A stretch of DNA of 61,324 nt, counting the filler, from Dirinaria sp. TL-2023a (taxonomy: Eukaryota), in NCBI GenBank assembly GCA_051941275.1. It is 5 parts of 5 records of this genome, joined end to end, with 100 filler letters (N's around TTAATTAATTAA, not from the genome) between each part and the next. Parts side by side here need not be neighbours in the genome. Positions count along the whole stretch, not along the records: positions 36,898 to 49,064 come from JAVEBF010000787.1; positions 49,165 to 61,324 come from JAVEBF010000788.1; 3 more parts are not named here. One strand, given 5' to 3'. The position numbers and the translations under genes are program-made. Shown piece after piece: positions 37,453-51,563 of this stretch. Under the pieces are notes generated by a model. It worked only from the letters and a program-made list of their open reading frames with translations. It ran no database searches and was not told the DNA's origin. Numbering within the stretch: the first letter of the stretch is position 1; each line of letters opens with the position of its first letter.

Positions 37453-38767
37453 TTATACATTCGAGTACTTGACAAAAATGTCCTCCCTCACCAACACCCT
37501 ATCCTGCGGCGGTTGCTGCTCCTCCAGATCAATGTTCGAATCATGACTCGCTGGATGCCCATGTTCATTGCATTTGTTGTCGCGCATGCGCGTGAATGGA
37601 TGTCCTTCATCCTCGGGTTCCATCCCGGGGTAGGACTTGACCGTGCGGCCTTTGGAGCCGAAGGTGGCCAACGCCTTGTTTTTCAGTGTGGAGCTGTCGG
37701 TGAATTGCCGCGGAACTTTCTTCGGGCCTGGATTCGCAGTTCCTTTGGTGACCAAAAGGTAGATGGGCCGGAGGGAAGGCAAGCACGAAGTGACGACGCT
37801 CAGATTGATCTCCGTGCCGGCCCAGATCACAATTGGAGATATGGTCCAGCTGACGTCTGGAGATGCAGGGTCGAGTCTGGAGCAAACGACAAGGAGAATG
37901 ACAGAGATGGCGACGACGAATCCTCCGAACGTAAACATGCACCCCACAGCGATCTTTTTCGAACGCTCGACTTGCAATTTCTTTATGTATAGCATCGGAA
38001 GGATGAGAACGATGAGATCCATGAAAAAATTAACAGTAACCGTGCCGAGGAACCATTTTCGGTCGTTGACACGACATGTTGCATTCTGGATGCTCTTGTC
38101 CCAATACGCTTGAACGGGAATGCAGTGTAAGATGAGAGAGATGTACTAGTTTGACAAGTTAGTAACATGGTTAGGTAAAAGCGAGTGCTAGAAAGAACGA
38201 TATACCCGTGCAAGAAGCCACGATACCACACAGGGGGCCATAATCCAAATGGGCCATCGAATACTCGGGACATTGAAAATGCGTCGATAGAAAGCAAGCA
38301 GGGATAGCTTAACAAAAGAGGTGACAGTAGCATAGAAAAAGTCCTCAACGAAGAGATTCAGTAGTATGTTATGTGCAATCGTGCTGTAGCTCGCTGGAAT
38401 GATTTGGTAATGCACACCGAGACCAAGATGGATCCCTGGGAGTGATGGTGTCAGCGCACTCATTTCCCTAGGCTTCTTACGAAACACGCACAGATTAATT
38501 CATCGATGAAAAATCCAGTCGCGACTAACTAGTATTGAGGTCAGCTTCAACAATTTGCAGCTGCGCAAGACGGCGTACCCATGCCACCACGCACAGCCAA
38601 TCATCATACCACAGGTCAAGATGCCTCAAACGTCGCGCTACGAATCGGAGTATGACCGCGCTTGTTGCCAGAGTGTACGTTATAAACGCTGCTGAGTACA
38701 ACGACGGCCGGTAGCTTTGAGCGAGGAAGCCCGGAGACAAATTGGGCTGGGCCTGTGGAGTAGCCAT
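37453..38767 (-). CDS. PTH11-like (fungal rhodopsin-domain) integral membrane protein without CFEM, 4 exons
   Basis: LRFVARR..LWYDDWL, GLGVH, VKLSLLAFYRRIF, CIPVQAYWD, DLIVLILP and EINLSVVTSCLPSLRP are hallmark PTH11-like motifs. Confidence 0.9.
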
Positions 38768-41675
38768 GACCGTGCGATTAAAAATCTTTTTGGTAGGCAC
38801 TCACGGAACACCTAGCGAGCCGACTTCTCATCCCTTCGTCGTTCGACACGGGTCTGGGTCCTGCTTGTCTCGCTAAGCATCTGGAGTTGCATTGTCGACG
38901 CTTTATGTACGAGTCGCAGCGGTAAAAAGGGCATCTGCCAATAATGTTTCAGGCGGAGGTGCTAGTCGATCGTTCCTTTGATGGATCGAATTAAATCAAA
39001 CCCTGCGGTTTCGTTTTGAATAAACCATAATTGAACAACATGACTGACATAAAGCTCGCAAGTGATAGGTGATAGGATGCCGAGGAAGTGGCACAGGTAG
39101 GCTCGGTAGGTACTGCCAAAGGTGTTCTGCGTGGCACGTAACAATTCCATGATTCTTTGGCCAATCTGGTCAGTGGTCACGCAAATCCTACCGAATTGAC
39201 CTTACCTAAGATTCAAACCTGTCACGAGCTGAATAACATCAATATTTTTAGTGACGGAAGAGATGGTTGCTTAGTGCTGATGTCCCGTGTTCATGGTGCC
39301 CTCGGTGTTTCTCCGCCGCTTCTTTACCTTAGCCCGACCAATGCAATCCACGTATATTTCCCGCCTGGTAATTCCTACTGCAAGGACGGCATGTACTCAT
39401 GTAGCCTAAAAGGTCACAGCCATACCTTAGTCTTCAACTTCTGCTACTTTACGCATGTATGATGTGGGATGCTATCATGCTTGTCCTACAACGTTCCGAG
39501 GACTTGCAGCCCTAGTCTCCGACGCTATATGAGTAGGAAACGCCAAATATCTAAGCAGGATTGAGATCATGTGATGAGGAACAGACAGACACTGCCACGG
39601 AGATCTGCTGTTTGTAGTCAGTGGCACGGCTAGCATCAAAATATTCCTCCTGTCCAGAAAAAATAAATCGATCGAAGTATGCACACACGATAATGCGGTT
39701 TCGTCCGTACTGAGGAACGCGAAGACGACGCAGAAGGCACTCAAACGAAAGAAAGCTGGCGTTTCTCAGACTTCCGCACATTCATGTCTTCTGGCCAAGT
39801 ACGGAATAAAATGTGGGAGTCACGTATAACTACCTGTGGGTGCTCTTATGGCTAAGGAGCCAGTCGTACATCGGCATAGCTTTGGAATTAGCCTAACTCC
39901 AGTACCTTGGCTTATGTGTTTACCAGCGCGCTTCCATACGACCTCCCTCAGTCATAATTGAAGGCAGGTCGCAGGGCACCTAGTGCAATTTGACCCTGCT
40001 TGCATCAGGTATGTAACTTACCTACCTTGCTGTACCAAGCGCTAGCAAGACCTTTTCTCCTGCGCAACCAACTCACTCATCATTCAAGCCCTACAACTTA
40101 CTATACATGCGCATTCCCTACAATACCAAGAGCGATTGATGTCTGAAATCTACCGTGCCTGATTAATATGTCACACACATTTGGGGTCCTATTCCATAAT
40201 TGTATCGGCGGCCACTGGGTGGCAGCGTTCTCGAGTCTTATTTTTGCCTTCATCGGGCATTTGACAGATACTGTCAAATCTTTGCTTCGCCAGTCACTGC
40301 AGCAAAGAACCTTGTACTACGTTCCCGGCACAACCCTCTTGTCGCTCATCGCATGAAAAAGTGATTGATTAGTCCTTCTATCGCATGATTCATTTCCAAT
40401 TTATTGGTAAATTGGCTGTGCAATCCGCCAAAAGAATCAGCATTGAAAAAGAACCATGGCTGGATTATGGCATTATAACTTTACTGAATACGTGATCCCG
40501 CATCGCTTCAACGACCCGAAGATGTTGGAAGCATTCGTCCTTCGAGATTTCTTGGCATTTTTCATGTTGTAAAAGGTTCGGAGCAAGCACTACGTTCAAA
40601 TGCATCTTGTCGCTGACCGTAGGAGGCTTGGGAAGTCAGAGAGAGCGATTTCCAAGAGCGACGAGTTCCCGAAATATTGTATTGCTGCTTCGGGTCTCTA
40701 TGTTCTAGTTCAATTTCTAACCTTCCCCTTTCTCGTTCACAGGACTGAATACCCCTGCGTCGGAGCCTGGTAGCACAACAATTGATGGGGAACGTCCGAA
40801 CTGGATCCATCCAAGGTCAGACATCAAGTCGTCTTCTGCTACCGCTTCAGCCGTGCTTTTTCCATGGATACGTGGTACGAACCTAACAAGATCGCCCATG
40901 CCATGATTACATTGCGGAGAAGTGGGTTAGCGCTTGTATGCGTCAAACCAAGATATTTTGAGTTGGTAGGCACAATGTGTTCCGTGGCGCTTCCCATGCT
41001 GCACTACCATGTGACGGCGAATCTATGACCAAAAGCAGTATGTAAATAAAGAGTTTCACCCATCCCTCAAGTGATCAGTGCATTTTGTCAACAAGGTGGG
41101 CTCGGATCTGGCTTTCATGTGCCTATTTTTTCATAGCTGGCGAGGCATTCAAGCTGAAGACCTGCTCTACCTTCATCTTCCCGCTTCAAAGCATCCAGAG
41201 GAAGCTTTCTTTACTTGATTTGCTTTCACATCTCAAAACCTCTCTGCCCGAAGAGGGCCTTACGCGCTTTGAAAGAGCGCTGACACTTAGAGCTGGTTCA
41301 GCATGCTAGCATGGCCTTTGACGTTGAGGAGCAAGGAAGGAATTGCCGCCATTCCTTAGAAGCTATAAATTGGGCGCGGAGGAGGGTTGACGATGGGGTC
41401 GTGAAACGTTACTGTCGTTTTCCGTGGCACTGAAAGATAATGCGAGAGGGAAACTAGCAGATTTTCAAGTGAAATGAATCTTTGGTTAGGCCCACAAGGG
41501 GAAGCTTGGAGGACGTCGTGAATGGTTTATAACCCTGCTGATCCACCCAAACGCTTGCAAAGGAAAGATAATCCATCATTGTAGCTTGCTCAGCACAGCT
41601 GATGATTCCAGAATTCGGACTCTGTTGGTGGCCCTGCGGCTGGCTGAGATTACCAATGTATCGCTGTTCGATGGG

Positions 41676-42100
41676 GTCTCGACTATTCTGTCTTTTGAGT
41701 GGATTAAAGCAGGCTGGAGCTGAAAGATTTGTGTCTTGAAATTCGGTCCATTTTCGATGGCCATAGGTAAACGCTAACGCGATAGTAAATTTTTCGGAAG
41801 GCTGGCAAGAAGCCTACTGGGCGCTTGCTCACTAATTAGTCGGAATTTTATCGATCAAAGTCTACCCCGTCTCGACAATTCTCTCTTTCGCGTGATCTAT
41901 TAAGTTGGCACGCAAACATTCGCAAGGAAAAGAGACTCCATCATGGTGGCTTGCTTACCACAGCTCATAATTCAGTGGCTGGCTCAGACCACTGGTCTAT
42001 CAGTGCTCGACAGGATCTCGACTGTTACTCTCCTTCGCGTGACCCAATTAAATTGGCACGCAAACACTTGCAAGGCAAAGATGCTCCATCATGGCAGCTT
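41676..42100. repeat. Degenerate dispersed direct repeat: two ~83-bp copies plus one partial copy
   Basis: 41870-41952 and 42016-42100 share tctcgac..ctctc(t/c)ttcgcgtga..ttggcacgcaaaca..gcaagg.aaaga..ctccatcatgg; partial copy at 41676-41709. Confidence 0.8.
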
Positions 42101-43647
42101 TTTCTGTATAGCTTATGGTTCTGGTTCAATTTTGTTGCTGGTTCTGCGGCTTACCTAGTTTACCAGCCTTCCGCTGTCCGATGAGTCTCGAGCTTTTCCC
42201 TCTTATGAGTGGCTAAATGAGGTTGGAGCTTAAGGGTTCGTGTCTTGCAACTTAGACTTCGTTCGATAGCCATGAGAAAAGCTAGGGTAAGGCTATATCG
42301 CCCTAGATTGGGCGTGTACATGTGTGTTACGAAATCTTGACATCTTAACATTCTTCTCTCCGCTACGGAGTACATGCGCAGTTATCACTACGTCCTGTCA
42401 TCTATCAAAGTCTTCCTCAACCCGTTGCTTCAGGATTGAAATTGCAAATTCAACTTCGTTTTCTAGTGGTTTTTAACATTTAACGATTTCTCGATTTGAC
42501 AGTGGCTCTTTCATGGTGAGTCAGTCCATCGTCACTTCGTGAAAACGTTATTTGCTTGAAACGCGTTCTTTCGCTAGAAGCTAGAAAGGAACGGATATAC
42601 TTAATTCTCAGGCAGCAAAAGGTCGAAGGGTATTGATAGATGAAAACGAATTGTTGATGCTGACGAGGGTGATGTGGCAGTAAAGTAGAGTGATGTGGTA
42701 GCAGTGGGATTCAAACCAAAAAAATAGAGGTTACCCCATGGCAGCGCATAGGGGGAAGGGAAGAATCTTGAGATGTCAAGATTCCGCAACACGCATGCTC
42801 ACGCCAAATACTGATCGCTTGCTGACCAATCGATAAGAAGTCACGGTATATATTTGGACTTGAAGTAAAACAGGTCTCAACTCGATGAAACGTTCATCGG
42901 AATCAGATCATGCCATCCACAGCTAAAGCCTGGATGCTTTAACGCTTCTCACTTCATGCGTTGGCACGAATTAACGCCACTTGGTCTTGACTATTGGATG
43001 AATCGCCCATCTCGGAAGAAAGCGCACAACCTATGCTATCACCGGATACGATGATACTTTCGCTCTCAGAGAGATAGTGATAGAAAATATGGTCTAGGCC
43101 GCATGCAAATCGTCTGTTCACAGAAATCACGAACATAAGGAATAGAACTTAGCTTCGCACACCATACATAGCTCCACACCATATCTCCAATGGTCGTGGC
43201 CCACTGTCCCCTGCTCAGTGTCTCTACCAAATTTCTCTAGCGCGCGTGGTCAGCATCTCCCTCAGAAAAAATTATTTGCATCTCGCTATCTCAAGTAGCG
43301 TAACTTCTAGGTCCGCGTGGTTGAACCTCCCTAACGCCGACAAGTGAGGCGTGTAACGAACATCTGTTATGAGTCAACTGATCCTACCGAGACCGCCAGA
43401 AGCGCTAGCTTTCTTCGCTTGATGGAAATTCTGTATCCGATGAGATATCGGACACGAGGCTCTGCTTGTTGCAAAAGACTTTGAATTAGCGGAATACTGC
43501 TATGCAAATAAACGATATTTGTCGCAAGCAGAGCTCAAATACACAAGCGAGACTTCCTGAGAGAAGAGTTCCTGACTACCACCGACTATCTTACATATCT
43601 ACGCCTGGACTCAGGTACCGTGCCTACGACTTAGGGAAAAGGAGAAT

Positions 43648-44922
43648 TTATGCGTTAAGCAGCTTCTCATGTGCACCGCCATACCGCTCTCCAGACACAG
43701 GCAGGGTGTCGATGATGTTCTGGAGCTCAGCCATATCTTCATCGGTCAGCGAAGTGGTTTTGCAGTTCTCGATAACACGTTCGACCCTGATGGAGCCCGG
43801 GATAGGAATGGCGCCCTGACGACATACCCAACCGATAGCGACTTGCGCCGTGGCGGTGTTTTTGCGCTTGGCAATCTGCTCTACGGCTTCGACGAGCTTG
43901 AAGTTTTGGTCGAAGGCATCGGGCTGGAAGCGCGGCATCATGCGACGAAAGTCATTCTGCGCAAGGTCGTCGAGTTTGCGTATCTCGCCAGTCAACCAGC
44001 CGCGACCGACAGGGCTGTAGGCTACGATAGGAATTCCAACTGTATGTGCGTACATTACGCTGTTAGTACACTGCATGGTTGAGATTTCCCGCCCCTTTTT
44101 TTAGGACTACGTACGCTCATGGCACGCGGTCGCGATACCGTTTTTAAGGGGATCGGGCGTGAACAGGCTCAGCTCGATCTCGACAGCCGAGATGGGATGT
44201 ATGGTGTGGGCTTTGCGGATCGAGTTCGCACTGACCTCACTTAGACCGACGCCGCCGATTTTGCCCTCCTTGACCAGTTCTGCCAGGGCCTTGACCGAGG
44301 TCTCGATGGGAACATTAGGGTCGCCTCGAGCACATTCAAAAACATCGATGGTTTTGATGCCACCTAGCACCTTAAAGGCCTCTTCAACAGATGCGCGAAT
44401 ACCTTCTGGACTGCCGTTAGGGCCTAGCTTCATGTCGTAGGCGCCTTTAATGCTGAGAACAACCTTGCTAGCATCCTCGGGATACTTCTCGAAGTAGTAC
44501 TTAATTAGATGCAGCGAATTCGCCTGCGGTGTACCGTAGTGGATTCCCTACATACAAATCAGTTCAGCTCTGCTGAGTCATCTCTGCTTGACAGGCCTGT
44601 AGGCTGGATTGGAGGTTTATGTCGGTGCTGTTCTTTAGTGAAATGCAGTACTTACACCGTTCCAGAAATTGGCACCCTGGTCTAGCGCCGTCTTCATAAC
44701 TTTTACCGCGATCGGATAGTCAACAGGGGCCCACGGTTTGGTCAAACCTGAATCACCCAGCGTCAACTCAGCATACTTATGTGGTCGCTAACTCGCTTGT
44801 CTTGGCCTCTGCACCATGAATTGAAGGAAGCATCCAACCGGTTACGTACCCAACAACCCGTAGCCAACGGGACCGACCGTCCTGCCGCCGACGCTGGTAA
44901 GCGCTGCACTGGCCGTACTCAT
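43648..44922 (-). CDS. Aldo-keto reductase, pyridoxal reductase (Plr1/AKR8)-like, 4 exons
   Basis: VGPVGYGLLGLT, ANFWNGGIHYG, KVVLSIKGA, IDVFECAR, GKIGGVGLSEV, AVEIELSL, VAYSPVGRGWLTG and IPIPGS. Confidence 0.9.
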
Positions 44923-46312
44923 GGTCGAAGATTTGTGTGGCTTTTGAGATGCGACAGGTAATTAGCGATGAATTCCTCTAGTGTTTCCTAGTGCTCTGGA
45001 AAGGAAGGTCTTTGACGTTTATCGTACATAGACGTCGGCGCGGACACTAGTTGGACGAGATATGAAAGTTGGGCAGTGGCCAACTAATATATGTGCGCTT
45101 CGTGGCGTTCGCGATGTAGTTGTTCATGGAGTTTATCCTTAAGTCCGCCGTGCAGGCTTATGAAGGCCCGTTATGACCGACAACCGCGTTTACGACCAAT
45201 GTTCTTGACGCTTTTACGTTTGCGGTAGATTTGGTGGTGTAGATATCGTATATAAATAGCAGAGCCCCTCCGACGGGAAAGCTTCAAAAAAGGGAGGACA
45301 TTGGGATCTCATTGACAACATCATCGCTAACTTTTTAATAACGTATGTTATCATACAGTTGATGTAAGATTTTTCACACGATTTCGCATGCGCTCAAGAT
45401 CTGGGCGCGAGAAAGGGTCCGCTAGGACCGGATAAAATAGCTTTGAAGAACATAGTCGAATAGCATCTAGGTGATTTCAAGTAATGCTTGCGCACAATGT
45501 CGCAGTAACGGAAAGAGAAGCGAATGATTCAGCCATAGCAGTCAACATGACGAAGTGCAGCTGAGAGCGCCAAGAAGATGAGACATACCTTTCCCCCTTT
45601 GTAGCGTCACCTCTTGAGTCACAAGAGTGGCATGAGCAGTACCTTCTCTGAAATTAACTCGTTCAGTTCTTGCTTCAGCACCAGCGCATTCCAAGAAAAA
45701 GCGTTCGAGTCAATGCCGTTTTCCGCCTGCTCACTCTCGCTATGGTTTATCCAGCAGTCAGTTGCCTTGGTGTAGGCGCCAGGAGAAGTAAAGGCACTTA
45801 TGATGATAACCAAAGATCGGCATCGAACACAGGATGAAGAGAGATGACAGATTTACTCCGAGCTATAAGAAGCAGCTTAGAGTCAAAGAGAAAGCCTGTA
45901 CGCAAAGAACAAGAATGAAGAATAGTGAGTGAGAAAGACCGGGAGGCTTTCGACAGGACAAATACCATCGTGATCACTAGAACTGCCTTGCTCAGCAGGA
46001 GGGTGGTGGAATTCCTACACGAACGGGGAGCACTGGAACACAGAGCGTGCGTTTACATTTGTGAGAAAAAATTACCAGTATTCCAACCTTGATGGCAGAA
46101 GCCAAAATCCGTAGGGAGGGAGAGAGGCACGCGACTTTGGGAAGTGGATGTCGTCCAATTCGCCTTCCTCCCACTCGGGAATTAACCAAAACTAGATTGT
46201 GGTTGTTATCGCCACAGCATTTTTCTCAAACCACCAACCGCCGCTTCATAGTAGTAATTCAACCTATACAGTAGTATGTTCGAGCTTGAAATGCTTCACG
46301 AATGCTTCCTTG

Positions 46313-49064
46313 ATGGCATTTTTGAGTCCCACCAAGGACTGGGAGCTCTGCGGTGATCGTTTCTACAGAAAGACAAAGCTTTACGATGCGGTCTTCGATC
46401 AAGACTTAGAGCTTGAGGATTACGTGGTAGCCTCAGCACCATATGGAGGAGCTATTGGTACTATGCTCAAAGCAATTGATCATTTTGAACAATCTATTAT
46501 AGGTTCTGACTGCGCTAGCATTGTACCGAAATGAAGCAAAACTTCGCGCCTATCGGGCAGGGCAGAATTTCAAGTCCGGAATTGACATCTACAGTTGTGC
46601 AGGAAAATTGTTAAGACGAATTAATGTGCGCAAAAGCAATGAACTGACCTGAACGAGGAAGACTTTCTGGCTAACACTCCTAAGTGGGACAAAGGGTCGA
46701 TCCGTGGACTTGGCTGGTCCGAAGACGAGAAGCTACTTGTCGTGACTGAAGATGGCACCGTGCGATGTTACTACGATCTGCAAGGAGATTTTACTCAATT
46801 CTCTTTGGGCCATGTGCGTATGCCTTGAGAAGGAAATTCGCTTCCTTCACTGATCAGCGAAGAACTAGGGTGCAGAAGAACATGGTGTAACAGCCTGTCG
46901 CTTTTGGTTGACTGGCTTCATTGCACTTCTCTCAAACAACCATCTCATTGCCATCTCCAATTACTCAGAGATTAGACCACGGCAATTGGCAGTGCCCCCT
47001 AGCGACTTGGTCCATTCCTGGACCGTAATCCCACCAGCACATACTCTCTCAAGGAGCGTAGAAGTGCTGATGGCAATCAATGAGACAATCTACGTCGTAG
47101 ACTCAGCAGAAGCCGAGGATCGAGTACTGTCCAATGGCCCCTTCAGGCACGTCAGTGTTTCGCCAAATGGGCTTTATGTGACACTTTATACCGAGGATGG
47201 CAAGGTTTGGGTGATTACCAGTGATTTCCAGACCAAAATAGGCGAGTACGAGTCCAAAGCGAGAACAGTACCCAAAGACGTGCAATGGTGTGGCAATGAC
47301 TCCGTCCTTCTAGCCTGGGAGGACGAAGTGCACATGATCGGGCCCAATGGTGCAGTGCTGAAGTCGGTATCCAGTTGAGGATTATCTTTACCATGCTTAC
47401 TTGCTGATCATAGGTATTACTACGACGGCTGGGTCCACTTGTTAGCAGACGTCGACGGCGTCCGGATACTTACTAACGATGTCTGCGAGTTCCTCCAGAA
47501 GGTACCAGGTAAGCTAGAGCGTCAGATTCTAAGATTTTCTACTGACGCATCATCGAGACGCAACGGAAGACATTTTCAAGATAGGGTCCACATCTCCAGC
47601 ATCTGTACTTCTAGACGCTGTCGACCAGCTTGAAAAGCAGTCCCCCAAAGCAGACGAAAATATTCAATTAATAAAAGCCAATCTACCCGACGCTGTAGCT
47701 GCTTGTGTAGAAGCCGCTGGCCAGCAGTTCAGCCCGCACTGGCAGAAGCAGCTCTTGAAAGCTGCCTCATTGGGCAAATCGGTGTTGGACCTGTACAGCA
47801 GCGATGACTTTGTCGATACGTGTGAGAAGCTCCGCGTACTGAATGCAGTGCGCGACTATCGAATAGGTCTTCCTCTTTCTTTGGACCAGTATCAGCGCCT
47901 CACCTCGGAGAAACTTATACATCGTCTCATCAACCGCCATGAATACCAGCTCTCGATCCGCCTTTCCGAATACCTTCACATTCCCACAAACAAGATCTAC
48001 GTCCACTGGGCCTCTCAAAAGGTCCGGCACTCTACCTCGGACGAATCGACAATCTGCAATGCCGTTATCAAAAAACTCTCTAACAAACACGGGATCTCGT
48101 TCGAGATTATCGCTCGCGCGGCCTATGACGAAGGCCGTGCTCACCTCGCCACGGAACTTCTCAACTACGAAACCCGCGCAGGCAAGCAAGTGCCTCTTCT
48201 CCTGTCCATGGAAGAAGACGAAATCGCACTCGACAAAGCGCTCGAAAGTGGAGACACAGACCTCGTCTTCTTCGTCCTGCTCCACCTGAAAAAGAAACTT
48301 CCTCTCGCGGCTTTCTTCCGCTTGTTAACCAACCGGCCGGTGGCCACTGCACTCGTTGAATCCTCCGCCGCCTCCCAAGACAAAGACATGCTGAAATCGC
48401 TCTACTACCAAGACGACCGACCTCTGGACGGGGCCAACCTGCATTTCGGCGAAGCGCTGAACCAGACCGCACCGCAAACGAAATCCGACAAGCTCAAGCT
48501 CGCCGCAAAGGTCCTCACCGATACCAAGGACGCGACCGCCACGCTTTACAAGTCGGTATGCCAAGAAGCGCAAGCCCTGATCCGCGTGCAAGACGCTTGG
48601 GATCGGGACATCGCATCCGACAATAACACCACCACCACCGCCGAAGAAGCCAATAACAACAGCCCCAACATCCCGAAATTCACAGGCCTCTCCCTCAACG
48701 CCACGCTCGTCCGCTTCATCAGCCTCGGGTACGGCAAACGCGCCTCAAAACTGCAATCCGACTTCCGACTCCCCGAAAAACAATGGTGGTGGCTGCGCCT
48801 GCGCGGCTTAGTCGCGAGGCGGGACTGGGCCGAGCTCGAAGCCGTCGCTGCGCAGCGCAAGAGCCCGATCGGATGGGAACCGTTCTTCAACGAGATCCTC
48901 GCCGCCGGCAACCAGAAGCTGGCGGGGCTGTTTGTGGCGAAATGCACGGCGTTGACGGCGCAGGAGCGGAGCGAGATGTATGTCAAGTGTGGCATGGTGG
49001 GGAAGGCGGGGGAGGAGCTGCTCAAGGCGAGGGATTTGCCCGGGTTGGAGGGATTGAAGGGGAA
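46313..49064 (+). CDS. VPS16: Vacuolar protein sorting 16 (HOPS/CORVET core), 6 exons, 3' end cut off by the contig end
   Basis: FYRK..LY, APYGGAIALYR, SPKADENI, LLKAASLGKS, LRVLNAVR, QVPLLLSM, ALESGDTDLV and KSPIGWEPF. Confidence 0.95.
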
Positions 49065-49164
49065 NNNNNNNNNNNNNNNNNNNNNNNNNNNNNNNNNNNN
49101 NNNNNNNNTTAATTAATTAANNNNNNNNNNNNNNNNNNNNNNNNNNNNNNNNNNNNNNNNNNNN
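49065..49164. other. Artificial contig spacer
   Basis: N44-TTAATTAATTAA-N44. Confidence 0.98.
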
Positions 49165-49494
49165 GGGTTGGGGGGGATGGATGGAGTCTCCGATGGCAAG
49201 AAGGAGAGAATGACAGCCTTAGGGTCCTGGAGGTTTCGCTTGGTGTGGCAAACAATTTTTGGGAGGGGATGGATAGAAAGCCACGACTAGGAGCTCAGAT
49301 ACTGAGAGTAGAATACAAGTATCTACCGTACCTCGCGTACTTTACGGGGACGGACAGAACGTTGTCACATGCCGCGTGGCTTAGTCGTGCCTAATTCACA
49401 GGCAATCAAGGTAGCCACTAAGGAATCATGGAAATACTTTAGACTTCCAGCATATTTCCCGAAGCTCTGTGCTACTAGTTCCTAAATCCTCACC

Positions 49495-51563
49495 ATGACC
49501 TCCATTGTTGAGCCTCAGCCAACAGCCAGCAAACGTCCGCACTCTGATTCTGAGGATCGAGGCACGGCTCCTCTTGAAGGTTTTCAAATCAGACTCCGAG
49601 GCTCTACAGCTGTTCTAATCTGCATCGTAGATACCTCGTCGGACGATGACGAGCTCGGCCCTTCCTTGCCTTCGAACGTCCAGAAGAAAAAGAAGAAGCG
49701 CAGAGTGCTCCCGTACGAAAAGCTCTATATGTCGGCGTTGCCCTCATCGTCGCGTTACTCCAAATCCTTAATGCACAAGGAACAACTATCTTTCGTGACT
49801 TTCACGCCCTCTACCGATTTTCTAATCACCAGCTCAACAGATGGCGTCGTCAAATTCTGGAAGAAAGGTGCGGTTGGCATTGAGTCCGTCAAGGAATTCA
49901 GAGCGCATGCTGGAGAGATCAGGGCCGTTAGCGTCAGTTCAGACGGCCGAAGCTTTGCTACTGCTGGCGCGGATAAGACAATAAAGATATTTGATGTCGT
50001 AACTTTTGGTACTGTGAACACCTTCATTGGCGTTATATCATATGCTTATAGCATTCGCAGATCTCCTGTCGATCATTCAATTGGAGGCTCCTCCTAAAAC
50101 AATGTGTTGGGTGCATCGGCGTGGTGCGTCACTGCCTTTGCTCGCTTTGGCTCTCGAAACAGTTAATACTATCAGCATTTACGATGGCCGGGGGGAATCA
50201 CATACGCCAATACATGTTATCACTGGGTTACACAAAATGCCCGTCGCTCACATCGTCTTCAACAACGTATATGACTGCGCTGTTTCTGCTGATGAAGGTG
50301 GAATGGTCGAGTATTGGCGGCCGAGCGGGAGCTACGACAAACCGGACAATGTCTTTCGGTTCAAGAGTTCGACGGATTTATTTGAATTCAAGAAGGCTAA
50401 GTCTCCACCATCGTCAATTACTATGTCACCAACAGGCTCCCAATTCGCGACCTATTCCTTCCCAGATCGCAAGGTACGCGTATTCGACTTTTTGTCCGGC
50501 AAACTCTATCGCACATATGACGAGTCAATTGATACCATCACCGAGATGCAACAGGCTGGCACCGCTCTTCAGAAGTTGGACAATATCGAATTTGGCAGAC
50601 GATTAGTCGTAGAGCGGGAGCTGGAGAACGCCTCGTTGAAGAACAAGATTAATGTCTTGTTCGATGAGTCCGGTAATTTCATCGTATACGGGTCCATTCA
50701 TGGCATCAAGGTCATTAACACGCTTACGAACCGGGTTGCAAAAGTATATGGTAAGGAAGAACCTTTCCGCGCTTTGAACCTCGCCTTGTACCAAGGCCAG
50801 CCTCAGAAGAAAGGTGTTGTTACCATATCTATGGCAGCCTCGGCGAACCCACTGTTGCAGGAGGCAGAAGAACGGGATCCTATACTCGTTTCAACTGGTT
50901 CCGGTAAACCTCGGTTCTACATGTTCACCAATGACGAAGACATCAGCAAGTCAGCACGAGATGTGCAAAATGAGAAACCGAAGAATCTCAATGCGAAACA
51001 GCAAATTGAGCCTAAGCCGGCAGAGACCGGGACAGCTGCGATTTTGCATACCACCTATGGTGACATCCACATACGTCTGTTCCCGGATGCAGCGCCAAAG
51101 GCCGTCGAAAACTTCGTTACGCATTCTAGGACAGGATATTATAACAACACCATCTTTCATCGGGTCATTAGGAAGTTCATGATACAGGGTGGCGATCCGC
51201 TAGGTGACGGTACAGGTGGGGAAAGTATCTGGCATAAGGAATTTGAAGATGAATTTTCCACGCTCAGGCATGATAAGCCATACACTGTTAGTATGGCTAA
51301 TGCTGGACCTAATACAAACGGATCACAGTAAGTCTTACGTTCACTGAAACGTGCCGCAGCATTCAATATAAAAAAGTATCCTGATTCTTTATAGATTTTT
51401 CATTACCACTGAGAAGACTCCCTGGCTTGATAAGAAACACACCATTTTCGGCCGTGCCGTGCAAGGCCTTGATGTTGTGCATCAAATTGAGAACGCTCGA
51501 GTTGGTAAAAAAAGCGAAAAGCCAGAAGAAGACATAAAAATCCTGAACATTGAGGTTAGCTGA
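49495..51563 (+). CDS. cyp15: WD40-repeat cyclophilin (PPWD1/Cyp15), spliceosome-associated PPIase
   Basis: YSKSLMH, WD40 repeats ([17 protein letters not shown]), cyclophilin [32 protein letters not shown] and [10 protein letters not shown]; stop 51561-51563. Confidence 0.93.

Noticed and set aside
39570..39713. GTGATGA...CTGA pair resembling C/D boxes
   Set aside because: No terminal stem or recognisable guide sequence.
45500..45900. Broken minus-strand frame between the AKR and VPS16 genes
   Set aside because: Multiple stops and no recognisable family; cannot be supported as a pseudogene.
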